A stretch of DNA of 64,000 nt, taken from assembly GCF_006345805.1 (NCBI RefSeq), contig NC_043019.1:62001-126000 (forward strand). Reading direction: 5' to 3'. The notes below the pieces were generated by a model. The model saw only the letters and a list, made by a program, of their open reading frames with translations. It did no database searches and was not told the DNA's origin. This stretch comes from Octopus sinensis. Lineage: Eukaryota. Of this stretch, positions 1 through 13,403 are shown in pieces (the stretch's first letter is position 1; every line of letters starts with the position of its first letter). Both the position numbers and the translations under genes were made by a program.

Positions 1-128
1 AAAAATTTACCATCATATTTTTTCCATTTTTAATGCATTTTTTTTGCTATTTTTTTGCTATAACTCTCTAAAAATGCTGTATAGTTATTTCCCTTACAAA
101 CCCGAGCAACGCCGGGCGATACTGCTAG
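1..128 (+). mobile_element. 3' end of non-autonomous Helitron-like element
   Basis: Hairpin CCCGAGCAACGCCGGG (101-116) followed by CTAG|T (125-129). The same terminus occurs at 8640 and 48136. Confidence 0.75.
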
Positions 129-432
129 TACTTTATAAATCTACTTGGTGAAATTATTGATTACTTCTTAATTAATTAATTTTACCTTTTGTTATTATTG
201 ATAATAGAATTTTTCTCCCTGAAAACAAACTAAAGTTTTTTTCTGTGGCATCTTACCTGGCGACACGCGCTAATGGGCAGGGGAAGGTAATGAACCTCAT
301 TCGTATTTTGAATTCGGCAGCACTAGCACTAAATATGATCTGTCTGATACCGTTAGGTGGAGAGATATATTCAATTCTTCCAGTGCCTTCGAATTTAATA
401 TTTAATATTTAATATTTAATATTGTTGGAATT

Positions 433-515
433 CCATGCTGATGAACGAAAATGGTTGGGTAAAGTATAATTCTATATTCTTTATACCGATCTAATTCCGA
501 AACGCGCGTACATGG
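433..515 (+). ncRNA. Type I hammerhead ribozyme motif (GUA site after 510)
   Basis: Stem I CCATG(433-437)/CATGG(511-515); CTGATGA 438-444; long imperfect stem II; GAAA 499-502; palindromic stem III ACGCGCGT. Confidence 0.7.
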
Positions 516-802
516 GTAACCAGATATGGATTGATTTTTGTTATTTTTCCTCTCTGCCTGCGTGGATTGTTTTCAAGTATTTTGGTTTTTCTGGGAGTCC
601 CTTTTTAAAGTAGAAGAAATAGCTAAGGTTTTTTGACTGCTATTTCTAAACTTCGGTATGTGGTAAAGCAAATCTTTGCCGGACCGTAATTATAAAGTAT
701 TACTTAAATTTACCGTGAAGTGGTCTTTTTTCCTACCGAATTCTACTTGGTGAAATTATTGATTACTTCTTAATAAATTAATTTTACCCTTTGTTATTAT
801 TG

Positions 803-846
<44 letters not shown>

Positions 847-955
847 ATATATATATGATACAAAAGGGGACTAGAACGCAAAACATCTGGGCAACTAGGT
901 GATACAAAAAGGGCAACAAAACATCCAGATAGACGATACCAAAAACATTGTCCCA

Positions 956-1003
<48 letters not shown>

Positions 1004-1099
1004 TATAAGGTTAATCCAAACGGGAAAACAGAAAAACAACAACACGTGGAACAATTAAAGTATTATTATTAGGCGCTCAGGAAAGAGGGAAGAAGGAGA

Positions 1100-1134
1100 G
1101 TATGACGTTTCGAGCGGAGCTCTTCGTCGGAAAC
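1100..1134 (-). ncRNA. Degenerate minimal hammerhead motif in a Penelope-type terminal-repeat fragment
   Basis: Minus strand reads gttt-CCGACGA-A-GAG(ctccg)CTC-GAAA-CG-TC-atac. U4>C change and weakened stem I. Confidence 0.4.
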
Positions 1135-1299
1135 ATAAGAGAGAGGAAGAAAGAAAGATCCCGAGGTGGGCGAACGGAGGGAAAAAAAAACGCGACTGTT
1201 TTTACGAAGTAACATGCTGAAAGGCCGGAAGTTTTGGATAACAGGGGTTGGTTTTTAAAGACAGAAGAGCGGAAAAAGGAAGGTTGGTAACAACTCGAT

Positions 1300-2995
1300 G
1301 TATGTGTGAGTGTGTACGTGTGCGTGTGTGTATGTGTGTGTAAGGCGAGATAAAAAAATTTATGTATATGTTAGTGCGTGCGTCTGTATGTAAGTGTGTG
1401 TACGAAGGGCGAAAGGTAGTTGACATAGCAGTCGCAAGTCAGTGGTCAGTGGTAAAAGGAAGAGGGAGGGAATGGGTGGGGGCGTATGTACGTGCCGTGT
1501 GCGTGTTGAGAGTAGTGTGTGTTGTCCAGTGTGCGTAGTTGTATGTATGGCAAGTAAATTTGAAGTGTGTGTAAGTGTATTGTATATATATATGCAAATG
1601 TGTGTGTGTGAGTGCGTGGGAGTGAGTGTATGTATGTGTGTGTGTGTGTGTACAAAAGGTGGGGGTATTATATGTGTGTGTATATATAAGCATGCAAGGA
1701 AACAAACTGCAACTGAGGGAAAGATGGAAAAGTGCTCCCGCGGTGACGGGCGTAAGAGAAACCCAAGAAACACGCCGGCCCCAGACACGAACAAGAGATC
1801 TAGTCGGAACCCACGGGCGTGGTGCATGCATGCGTGTATGCGTGCGCGAACGCGCACATGCATGTATGTGCGCGCGCCTGCGAGTGTGTGCGTAAGTATG
1901 TGTGTGTGTGGATGTGTGAGTGTGTCTGTGTGTATGTCTGGGTGTCAGTGTGTCCGATTGAATGTATGTAAGTATGTGTGTGTATAGATGTATGTCCGTG
2001 TGTATGTGTGTGTATGTGTATGAGTGTGTATGTATGTACGTGTGTATGTGCGGAAGTGTGTGTATGTGCATGTGTGTGCGCGTGCATGCGAGTGTGTGAG
2101 TAAGTGTGTGTGTGTATGTATGTGTGAGTGTGTATGTCTGTGTGTACAGGATGTATGTATGTGTGTGGGTGTATGTATGTGTGTGTGTATGTATGTATGT
2201 GTGCGTGCGTGTGTGTGTGTGTATGCATGTATGCGTACATGCGTGTAGGTGTGCGCGTGTGCATGCATGCATGCATGTGCGTATGTGTGTGTGTGTGTGT
2301 GCATGTGTGTAAGTATATATGTATGTGCGTATATGTGTGTGTATGTGCGTACATGTGTGTGTGTGTATGCATATGTGTGTATGTAGGTGTGTAGGCGTGT
2401 GTGTATAGGAGTATGTGTGTATGTATGTATGGGTGTGTCCGTGTATGTTTGTGTGTGTGTGTGTATGTATGTGTGTATGTATGGGTGAGGGTATGAGTGT
2501 ATGTAGTGGTGTGTGTACGTATGTAATATATGTATGTATGCGTGTGTGTGCGTAGTTTGCGTGTGTGTGTGTATGTGTGATGTGTGTGGAGTGTAGGTGT
2601 GTGTGTGCGGTGCGTGTATATGTTGGTGTGTGTATGTGTGTGAGTGTATGGTGGTGTGTCATGCATGTGTGTGCGCGTGCAGGCGAGTGTGTGTGTAAGT
2701 ATGTGGGTGTGTGTGTATGTGTGAGTGTGTATGTGTATATGTCTGTGTGTATGTATGTGCGTATAGGAGTATGTAAGTATTGTGTGTGTATGTGTATGGG
2801 TGTATGTATGTATGTATGTGTGTGTGTGTGTGCATGTGTGTGTAAGTATATGTGTGTGCGTATGTGTATGTGTGTGTGTTTATATTGTGTGTATGTATGT
2901 GTGTAGGCGTGTGTGTATAGGTGTATGTGTATTAGTGGGGTGTGTCTGTGTGTTTTTGTGTCTGTATGTAGGTATGTGTGTATGTATGAGTGAAG
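1300..2995. repeat. Long degenerate (GT)n/(GTAT)n microsatellite field
   Basis: Direct inspection. The H/T/Y and V/C/M ORFs here are repeat artefacts. Confidence 0.95.
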
Positions 2996-2998
2996 GCA

Positions 2999-3031
<33 letters not shown>

Positions 3032-3032
<1 letters not shown>

Positions 3033-5458
3033 CTTATTATAAAAGGCAGATTTTATCTGCCTCCCTTTGGGAGTTATACAAATCTACAATATAGGATTTC
3101 TTCAATTACAATTTACCTAGCAGTTTTAAGAGTACAATGCATCGCGTCATGCCAGGTCCAGTTTTTAAAATTTAAACTCCAATTAAGCAAAATTTACAGA
3201 AAACTCACATTCTGGTGTGTGTGTCAAATGCTTTTCTTAGTCTGGTTTACACCACACGCAAACGCATACACACAGTGGGCAAGGAATAAAATGAAAGTAA
3301 TTCACTTACTATAGTGAGTGATTCTTTCACTCTGCCTCCCACTTCCTCTTTACACACATAGAAAAAACTTTTATTTTTTTACATAAGTAATGAGAGCGAA
3401 AGAGACTAAGAGAAAGCGATTGTATGACGAGGGAAGTTCCTTTGAAGTTACCGTGCATGGGACTCATTGATGTACATGTGTGTGTGTGTTTGATGGAGTG
3501 TGGGAGACAGACAGGTTGTGTAAGTGAAGTGCTTCTGTTAGTGTGTGTGAAGAGACAGAGAGAGTAATGTGTGAAAGAGAGAGATAACTGAAATTTTTTA
3601 CTCGGTTTATGTGTATATGTATGTATGCATGTATGTGTTGTGTGTGTATGTATGTGTGTGTGTATGTATGTATTTATATATAAAAGAAAGGTTGTGTGTC
3701 TGTCTACTCCGATTTAGATTCCTAACTACTCCCACATTTTGCGATGCAGTTTAACCAAAACCGGGTATCTTATAGTCGTGATTCATATCGAGCCCTTCTG
3801 GGTATTAGCGCGCGTCTACGATGAGTCTATGATTTTACAAATAATTTACCATCATTTTTTTCCATTTTAATAATGCATATTTTAAAAATAAACGGAAGTA
3901 ACTCTCAAACTTCACACCAATATGCGTGCTCATATGCGACGTAATATCACATCACCAGCATTTCCTCACACTCTCCTTGCACTTGGCGAAGGCAAAATAC
4001 CAGGGGATGAAAATGGTAATATTGCCATCGATTCCATTTGTACCATTGTTAAGACGCCTTCTGATCTCAGAGATGCAGTGTTCCCAGATTTACAAGCTAA
4101 TTATCAGAATATGGATTGGATTGGCAAAAAGGCTATACTGGCCCCGAGGAATAAAACTGTTCACCATATTAATGATGAAATGCTAAAACTCATTCCTGGG
4201 GAAGTCGATGTATATCAGTCTATCGATACAACTCCTGACCCAGAGGACGTCATCAACTATCCAATAGAGGTACTCAATTCCTTTGAGCACCCCGGACTAC
4301 CACCACACTTTCTCAAACTTAAAGTTAGTGCCCCTATAATGCTCATCAGAAATTTGGTTCCCCCAAAACAATGCAATGGCACACGTTTGTGATTTGAGCA
4401 AGACTAAACTGAAAGTGTTTAAACCACTACTCAAAAAATAAAAAAACACAGCAAACAGAAACAAATAAATACATAACCATTTAATCCTCACACAACTTCT
4501 TCAATTAGAATTTACCTAGATTTTTCAAAGTACTCCATTCGCTCATGCCATAATATATTTCTTTCAATTTCACCCCCCAATTAAGACAAAATTCGAGAAA
4601 ACTCAATATTTTAACATATCACTCCGAAAGCATTGATGTACATGTGTGCGTGCGTGAGTGTGTGGTGTCATTCCTCACACACACGCATACACATACATAT
4701 ACAACTACATACAACTACATACACATACAACTACATACAAACCCTGTGTGTTTGTTATTCGTAAAAAAGGCGCAAAAACACAACTCACTTATCATTCCAA
4801 CACATTTGCAAAAACACACGGAGGACAGAAAAGGTAAATTGGTTTTTATTTTACTCTGTATATATTTTATTATATAATTTATATATAGATATATGTATAT
4901 ATAATTTCAGTATGAAACAGTGTTTATGTATAAACAGACGACACATATAAGTTACCAAGCCGCCCGAATTTACCTATTCATATTTAAATGAGAATATCAG
5001 AGCAATCTCTTTAGTACATTCGTGAAAACACGTATTATACTTCGTAAACACTTCAACTACAGTTTTTGTACAAAAATCGAAGTGTAATTTTAATTCCGTG
5101 AATTATGGAAGATTTTTTTCCGAAATTTGTTCCTATTGTGTTTTCAAAATTTTTAATTCTGACAAAAAATGGATACGAATTTCATTATATCAAGCAGCGA
5201 GTCAGAATTCGAAGGATTTTCTACTGAAGACCTTCATAAATCTAACTCTATGACTGAAAAAAAAAAAGCATCTTTATATAAGAGTGAAGTTGTGTGTCTG
5301 TCTCCTACGATTTAGATTCCTACTACTCCCACATTTTGCGGTGCAGTTTAACCAAAAGCGGGTATCTTATAGTCGTGATCATATCGAGCCCTTCTGGGTA
5401 TTAGCGTGCGTCTACGATGAGTCTACGATTTTAAAAAAATTTACCATCATATTTTTCA
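3032..5458 (+). mobile_element. Helitron relic A (composite, 3' end interrupted by SINE)
   Basis: A|TC 5' start (TCTTATTATAAAAGGCAG), shared with 6671. Internal modules repeated at ~3680, 5275, 7800 and 47611. Contains helicase fragment. Confidence 0.7.
3922..4392 (+). pseudogene. Helitron PIF1-like helicase fragment
   Basis: Motifs AILAPRN..V..IN, YPIEVLNS, GLPPH.LKLKV..PIMLIRNL..CNGTRL; truncated. Confidence 0.9.
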
Positions 5459-5820
5459 TATGGACACCGCCTTCAGTCGAGCAAATAGACTCCAGGACTT
5501 ATTCCTTGTAAGCTTAGTACTTAGTCTATCGTTCTCTTTTGCCGAGCCGCTATGTTACGGGGACGTAAACACGCCAGCATCGGTTGTCAAGCGATGTTGG
5601 GGGAGCAACACACACGCACACATACACACACACACCACACACACACACATATATATATATATATGAAGGGCTTCTTTCAGTTTCCGTCTACCAAATGCAC
5701 TTACAATGCTTTGGTTGGCCCGAGGCTATAGTAGAAGACACTTGCCCAAGGTGCCACGAAGTGGGACTGAGCCCGGAACCATGAGGTTCGTAAGCAAGCT
5801 ACTTACCACACAGCCACACT
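5459..5820 (-). mobile_element. tRNA-derived CORE-like SINE, family A
   Basis: Minus head GTGGCTGTGTGGTAAG...GGCTCAGTCCC (A/B-box-like), GGCACCTTGGGCAAGTG core, internal TA/TG linker. Confidence 0.85.
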
Positions 5821-5827
5821 ACGGCTA

Positions 5828-6670
5828 TTGTATGTAGTATGTATGTATGTATGTATGTATGTGTGTATGTGTGTATGTATGTATGTATGTATGTATGTAT
5901 GTATGTATGTATGAATGTATCTATGTATATTATGTATGTGTGTGTATGTGTGTGTGTGTATATATGTATGTATGTATGCTTTATGTATGTATGTATGCAT
6001 GTACGTATGTATGAATGTATGTATGAATGTATGTATGTATGTATGTATGTGGTATGTGTGTATGTATTATGTATGTATGTTGTATGTATGTGTGTATGTA
6101 TGTATGTGTTTATGTATGTATGTGTGTATGTATGTATGTATGAATGTATGTATGTATATATTTATGTATATATGTATGTATGTGTGTATGTATGTGTGTA
6201 TGTATGAATGTATGTATATATGTATGTATATATGTATGTATATATGTATGTATGTGTGTATGTATGTATGTATGTATATATGTATGTATGAATGTATGAA
6301 TGTATGTATGTATGTATGAATGTATGAATGTATGTGTGCATGTATGTATGTATGTATGTATGTATGCATGTATGTATGTATGTATGCATGCATATATGTA
6401 TGTATGTATATATCTATGTATGTATGTATGAATGTATGTATGTATGTATGTATGTATGTATGAATGTATGTAAGTATGTATGTATGTATGTATGTATGTG
6501 TGTATGTATATATGTATGTATGAATGTATGTATGTATATATGTATGTATATCTATGTATGTATGTATATATGTATGTATGTATGTATGTATGAATGTATG
6601 TATGTATGTATGTATATTGTATGTATGAATGAATGTATGTATGTTATGTATGTATATATCTATGTATGTA
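5828..6670. repeat. (TATG)n microsatellite
   Basis: Direct inspection. Confidence 0.95.
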
Positions 6671-7119
6671 TCTCTTATATAAAAGGCAGATTTTATCTGC
6701 CTCCCTTTGTCTCTTATAGAAATCTACAATATAGGATTTCTTCAATACAATTTACCTAGCATTTTTAAGAGTAGAATGCATCGGGTCATGCCGGGTCCAC
6801 TTTTTAAAATTTCAACCCCAATTAAGCAAAATTAGAGAAAACTCACATTGTGGTGTATAAGTCAAATGCTTCTCTTAGTGTGGGATACAGCACACGCAAA
6901 CGCACACACACAGTGTGCAACGAATAAAGTGAAAGTAATTCACTTTCTGTAGTGAGTGACTCTTTCACTCTACATCCCACTTCCTCTTTACACACATACA
7001 CACGCAAATATATAAATAAAATTGTAAGCTAACGTTGTTGTGTGCGTGTGCGTGAGTGTGTGTGCGTGTGTGCGTGGTGTGTGTGTGTGGTGTGTGTGCG
7101 TGTGCGTGAGTGTGTGACA

Positions 7120-7795
7120 GGAAGTTTTTTACGACGAATATAAGACCTATATCCAAGTAGCAGAAAGATCGCCCAAAAGTGTATATAGATATTTAAATGT
7201 ATTTATATATTCATCTATACACAGATGTATGTATAATTTGTGTATATATTTCCATAGCGGTAACCTTTCACTCCATACAAAGTTTTTTAGGACGAATATA
7301 AGATCTAAAGTATATACAAGTAGCAGAAAGATCGCCCAAAAGTGTATATAGATATTTAAATGTATTTATATATTCATCTATGCACACATGTATGTATAAC
7401 GTGTGTGTATATATTTCCATAGAGGTAACCATTCACTCCATACAAAGTTTTTTAGGACGAAAATAAGATCTAAAGTTATCTCTAAGAAAAAGAAAGATCG
7501 CCCAAAAGTGTATATAGATATTTAAATGTATTTATATATTCATCTATACACAGATGAATGTATAATGTGTGTGTATATATTTCCATAGAGGTAACCTTTC
7601 ACTCCATACACAGTTTTTAGGACGAATATATGATCTAAAGTTATCTCTAAGAAAAAGAAAGATCGCCCAAAAGTGTATATAGATATTTAAATGTATTTAT
7701 ATATTCATCTATATACACATGTATGTATAACGTGCGTGTATATATTTCCATAGAGATAACCATTCAATCCATACAAAGTTTTTTAGGACGAAAAT
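7120..7795. repeat. Four tandem copies of a ~165-bp unit inside Helitron B
   Basis: TTTTT-A(C/G)GACGAA anchor recurs at ~7125, 7285, 7450, 7615 and 7780, with GAAAGATCGCCCAAAAGTG in each unit. Confidence 0.9.
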
Positions 7796-8043
7796 ATTTA
7801 TATATAAAAGAAGGGTTGTGTGTCTGTCTACTCCGATTTAGATTCCTAACTACTCCCACATTTTGCGATGCAGTTTAACCAAAACCGGGTATCTTATAGT
7901 CGTGATTCATATCGAGCCCTTCTGGATATTAGCGCGCGTCTACGATGAGTCTATGATTTTACAAATAATTTACCATTATTTTTTTCCATTTTAATGCATA
8001 TTTTTTTTAATAAAGGGAGGTAACTCTCAAACTTAACACCAAT

Positions 8044-8564
8044 ATGCGTGCTCATATGCGACGTAATATCACATCAGCAGCATTTCCTCACACCCTCCTT
8101 GCACTTGGCGAAGGCAAAATACCAGGGGATGAAAATGGTAATATTGCCATCGATTCCATTTGTACCATTGTTAAGACGCCTCTGATCTCAGAGATGCAGT
8201 GTTCCCAGATCTACAAGCTAATTATCAGAATATGGATTGGATTGGCAAAAAGGCTATACTGGCCCCGAGGAATAAAACTGTTCACCATATTAATGATGAA
8301 ATGCTAAAACTCATTCCTGGGGAAGTCTATGTATATCAGTCTATCGATACAACTCCTGACCCAGAGGACGTCATCAACTATCCAATAGAGGTACTCAATT
8401 CCTTTGAGCACCCCGGACTACCACCATACTTTCTCAAACTTAAAGTTGGTGCCCCTATAATGCTCATCAGAAATTTGGTTCCCCCAAAACAATGCAATGG
8501 CACACGTTTGATCGTTAAGTCCTTATCTCCCACCGTAAACTTATATCAATATTTGCCTGAATAA
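8044..8564 (+). pseudogene. Helitron PIF1-like helicase fragment, frameshifted second copy
   Basis: Near-identical to 3922-4392 but with a 1-nt deletion near 8180 splitting the ORF. Confidence 0.9.
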
Positions 8565-8658
8565 TCATCATAATTCAGTGCAATCATTAACAGTACTTTC
8601 AAGCAATTCAGTCCCGAGCAACGCCGGGCAATTCTGCTAGTGTATGTATATATGTATG

Positions 8659-8692
<34 letters not shown>

Positions 8693-9019
8693 TGTATGTA
8701 TGTATGTATGTATGCATGTTTGCATGTATGTATGTATGTATGTATCCATCACATTGTCCACATGTACTATACTTGTTTACAAGGCATTGATTGGCCCAAA
8801 GCTGTAATACACTGCAATATATTGAAACGGAATTTTAGTGGCTGCAAAGCGAGATTCTTAAGCATATGTCCATACATGCTGTCGTGACATTTTCTCTCTC
8901 AGCATTCTGAGCGGTTTAATACAAGAGTTATTTCCCTTGACGAAAGAAAGGCTTCAATTCAGATGTTTGTTTGTTATAGAAGTTGTTTGCGATTTCATGT
9001 CTTTCAATTCTGAAGTTGC

Positions 9020-9620
9020 GTCCTTTCTGCTGCTGCTATGGCTGCTGCTGTGGCTGCTATGGCTGCTGCTGTTGCTGCTATGGCTGCTGCTGTTGCTGCT
9101 GTGGCTGCTGCTATGGCTGCTGCTATGGCTGCTGCTGCTGTTTAGGCTGCTGCTGCTCCTATGACTGCTGCTGCTATGGCTACTGCTGCTCTGGGTGCTG
9201 CTTCTGCTATGGCTGCTATGGCTGCTGCTTCTGCTGTTTAGGCTGCTGCTGCTATGGCTGCTGCTGCTGCTGTTCAGGCTGCTGCTGCTGCTGCTATGGC
9301 TGCTGCTTCTGCTGTTTAGGCTGCTGCTGCTATATCTGCTGCTGCTATATCTGCTGCTGCTATATCTGCTGCTGCTATATCTGCTGCTGCTGCTGCTGCT
9401 ATGGCTGCTGCCGCTGCTATGGCTGCTGCTACTGCTGCTATGGCTGCGGCTTCTGCTGCTGCTATGGCTGCTGCTGCTATGGCTGCTGCTGCTGCTACTG
9501 CTACGGCTGCTGCTGCTGCTGCTGCTGCTATGGCTGCTGCCGCTATGGCTGCTGCCGCTATGGCTGCTGCCTTTTTTGCCTTTGCTGTGGTTGATTTTAC
9601 TCTTGCTGCTGCTATCTGAC
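9020..9620. repeat. Degenerate (CTG)n trinucleotide repeat with CTATGG interruptions
   Basis: Direct inspection. Confidence 0.95.
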
Positions 9621-9956
9621 TCCCTTTCTCCTCAAGAGAAATAACTCTCGTATTAAACGGCTCAGAATGTTGACGGAGAAAACGCTACACAGCATGAGTG
9701 CTTCGTAACTTCGCTTCGTAACCACTATTTCCGTTCCAATAGTCAGTCCTGTGATGAAAAGCCTTTCCAGCCATGAATGTCTCACTTGCGATGTTTGTGA
9801 TTATTTAAAAAAAAACAAAAAAACATCTGTTCATATCCGACAGATTTGTCCCGGTCAGAATTTTAATAACGAGGTGGGATAGTCACTGTTTGACCGTCTC
9901 TGTTAGCTGTATGGAATTAGTACTGATATAGAGCTGAAACAACGAGAGCATAGTGT

Positions 9957-9957
<1 letters not shown>

Positions 9958-9998
<41 letters not shown>

Positions 9999-10165
9999 TC
10001 TCTCTTTCTCTCTCTCTCTCTTTCTATCGCTCTCTCTCTCTCTTCCTTCCTCTCTCTCCACTCCGTCCCTCCCATTCTCTTTCCCTCCCACTATCCTCTC
10101 TCTCTTTCTCTCACCCTTTTTCTCCCTCTCTCTCTCCCTCTCTCTCTTTCTCTCTCTCTCTCTGT
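9958..10165. repeat. (CT)n-rich microsatellite
   Basis: Direct inspection. Confidence 0.9.
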
Positions 10166-10957
10166 TATCCTTTTGGGGTCAATGAAATAAGTACCAGTTC
10201 AGCACTGGGGGTTGGTGTAATCGATTTGTCCCTCCTCTAAAATTGCCGGCCTTGTGCCAAAATTTGAAATCAACGGTAACATTTTACGCTCCCACAACTG
10301 AATGCCTGTGAGACTTGGATAGATTATGAATGCCATGCAAAAAGCCTAACCCGAACTGTCTGAGAAAGCTGTTGAAAATCACATAACAAGACAAATTCCC
10401 AGCTAGCCAGGTCCTCTCTTGAGCTGATCTGCCACGCATTTATACTAGGCCTCGAAACCAGTTTTATAAAACCAGTTAAAACCGGTTTTACATTACGATC
10501 AGTAAAACCGAAACCGATTTGCCAAAACCGATTTTAATGCTTTCTGTTTCTAGTTGTTTTTTTTTTTCGTTTTCTCACAAAACATTTCTCCATTTTTTAT
10601 TCTTTTGAAAAAATATCGTTGAAACCGAACTAACGGAACTGTTGTCGGTCGCCTTTAGTTGAGAATGCTGTCTGTTTCATTGAAACATATTGCATCAAAT
10701 CAATTCTCCACTCAGCACCTTGTCATTTCCTTCGCTAACCCCTGGCTGACTCTTTGAATTTGGAGGTAACAGAGTTTATTCATAGCAAGTCAAGGGGATG
10801 CTGTTAATCTTCAGTCAGGTGATCTTTCCCATTGAGCATATGTAATAACCAGTTCCAGATTCATTTCAAGGAAGTAACACTAAATTATTTCTTAATTATT
10901 TTCATTAGCCCTAGCATGATAAAAAGAAAATCAGCTGTTTGGAATTATTATTATTAT

Positions 10958-11020
<63 letters not shown>

Positions 11021-11108
11021 AATGTATAAGGGTGGAAAGGAACACACGAGTTGATATATATGTAAAAATAAGTCAAAATAGAAAATGCTAAAATAATTTT
11101 ATAGTGAA

Positions 11109-11156
11109 CATTTCAGTACCGGTTTCGGTCATTTTGAGACCTTTTCAACTGTAACG
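11109..11156 (-). ncRNA. Minimal type I hammerhead, U3-A8 core variant (inverted pLTR copy)
   Basis: Exact reverse complement of 14155-14202. Confidence 0.7.
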
Positions 11157-11572
11157 ATTAAATAATTAAATTTAGAAAAATTAGAAGAAAAGTTTTTTAA
11201 AGGAATATTTCTATAGTAGTGTTCAGATATAAGTAGCATTCTGCTTTTCTCTGACACCCTTGTTTGCACTTGTGTGTTGTAGGTCGTTGTGAATTCTTGG
11301 TAGGGTAGAAGAAGAAAAGAGAAGAAGAAGAAGAAGAAGAAGAAGAAGGCTGATGTGGAGAGGGGGTGGGAAAATCTGGGAGTGCCCTGATGGTCGTATT
11401 TTGAATGGTCAGTGGCGGCTGGCAGTCGCAGTTCAATTCAGGAGAATATTTCTATTGACAGGCTTGTTTATGGAATTTGCGTAGGTGTTAAAAACAAGAT
11501 AAAACAATAACAATCAAAGAGGCCGATAAAGGGAGTGCTGTTGTCTTAATAGATACGACATTTTACATAACT

Positions 11573-12750
11573 TTGGTACTTTCTATGCTGGAAGACACAA
11601 CATACTATGAAAAGGCACAAAACTACAGTCAACAAAAAATAATGAGGGAACTAAAATCCATGTTAAACCCATACAAAGCAGGGCTCACCAACAAAGAATA
11701 TGATTATATGACCAATTTCACAAGTAAAACCAGCCAATTCTACGGTATACCTAAGATCCACAAAAGTGAGAAAATAAGCAACGCATGCAAGATAGCTACA
11801 GACAAAATAATTAAAGTCCCTAATCCTAATGACCTCAAATTGAGACCCATAATAGCAGGTCCCGCATGCGAAACCACCCACCGCCTCAGTAACTTTTTAG
11901 ACACCCTGTTAAAACCACTCCTCAAACATGTCAAAAGCTATATAAGGGACGACTTAGATATGCTCAATCACCTACCGAATACTATAAACAAAAACACCAT
12001 ACTGGTATCCTTCGATGTAGTCAACCTCTACTCCAATATCCCCCACAACCTAGGACTAGAGGCAATCCAATTCTGGCTAGAGAATCACGCCAACGAACTA
12101 CCACATCGCATCAAAAAAGAATTCGTGATAGAAGGGGTTAAATTCATCCTGGAAAATAACTTCTTCGCCTTCAATGACAACTTCTACCGACAAAAATCGG
12201 GGACTGCGATGGGTACACGAATGGCCTCCTCCTTTGCCAACCTAGTCATAGGATATCTAGAGATCAGTCTGTATCGTAAGGTTCTAGAAAGATATGGCAG
12301 CCTTTCTCCATCTACATAGAAAACAACTGGAAGAGATATCTAGATGACTGTTTCATTCTTTGGCATAAAAATATAGAAAAACTCATAGAATTCCAGGAAA
12401 TGTTAAACGGACTGGACGTAAACATCCAATTCACGATGGAATATAGCCAGCAACAACTCCCCTTCCTCGATATCCTCATTAAGAAAGCCAATAATATAAT
12501 AGAAACAGACATATATTATAAGCCTACAGACTCTAAGCAATACCTTCCATTCAATTCATGCCACCCTAGACACACCAGGATGAATATCCCCTTCAATCTA
12601 GCAAAAAGTATATGCACTATAGTCTCTAACGCAAACACCAGAGACACACGACTACAAGAACTAAAAGATACTTTGTCACCAGGAACTATCCACCTTCACT
12701 TATTGACAAGTGCATTCAACGTGCCCTTCAACTTAACATCAAGGAACTGA
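11573..12750 (+). pseudogene. Penelope-like reverse transcriptase, frameshifted
   Basis: Motifs FYGIPKIHK, LRPIIAG, LVSFDVVNLYSNIP, FYRQKSGTAMG, RYLDD, IQFTME, LPFLD, YYKPTDS.YL.F.S.HP. Confidence 0.92.
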
Positions 12751-13076
12751 GACATCCCAAATCAAAGAAAAACTTACAACCAAAAGCCTTACCATACATC
12801 TCCACACACAACCCTCTCAATAACGAAGCCTTCGGCACCATCCTCCACAACATACCCCTCCTAAAAAAGGCCACAGAATGAACACAATCCTCCAAACACA
12901 CACGATCATAAAAAGCAAGAGACAGCCTAAATCCATGAAAAGTCTTCTAACACAAGCCCGAATTCACTCTTCAACACAAGCCGACAGTAAAAAAATGTGG
13001 AAGACCCAATTGCGGGATATGCGACTATCTAATTGAGGGATCAGAGTTCTCCTTCAAACAGGGACAACGGTTTACA

Positions 13077-13403
13077 GTGAAAAGCAACTTCACATGTGCT
13101 TCGGAGAACCTAATATACTCACTAACCTGCTCCGGGTGTCAAGAGCAGTACATAGGCCAAACGAAAAATAGTTTGCGTAAACGAATGGCCCTGCACAGAT
13201 CCCAGATAAAAATTCCCCAAAACAGAAAAATAGCTTTTAGCCAACACATAGATACTTGCGCCAACAAAAAAACACCAAGCTTCAGGATTTTCCCCCTCTA
13301 CCAATTTAGGGACGATACAACCTCGAGACAACGAATAAGTAAAGAAACTCTCTTTATTACAAAATACAGGCCACTTCTTAACGGGTCTACGACAAACAAT
13401 TAA
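13077..13403 (+). pseudogene. GIY-YIG endonuclease domain of the Penelope-like element
   Basis: NLIY.LTC..C...YIGQT..LR.R...H...E..I...PLLN pattern. Confidence 0.9.

Larger units (their letters stand above)
6671..8640 (+). mobile_element. Helitron relic B with both termini
   Basis: A|TC start at 6671; 3' hairpin CCCGAGCAACGCCGGG plus CTAG|T ending 8640; helicase relic inside. Confidence 0.85.

Noticed and set aside
1300-6760. Long ORFs rich in H/T/Y/I or V/C/M
   Set aside because: Translations of GT/TATG microsatellites. The same applies to similar ORFs throughout the window.
7120-7795. CRISPR-like array
   Set aside because: Whole units are repeated with no unique spacers; eukaryotic context.
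8983-9644. Cys-Tyr-Gly-rich ORF resembling keratin-associated proteins
   Set aside because: Product of a CTG repeat; all three frames are open, with no signal peptide or unique flanking coding sequence.
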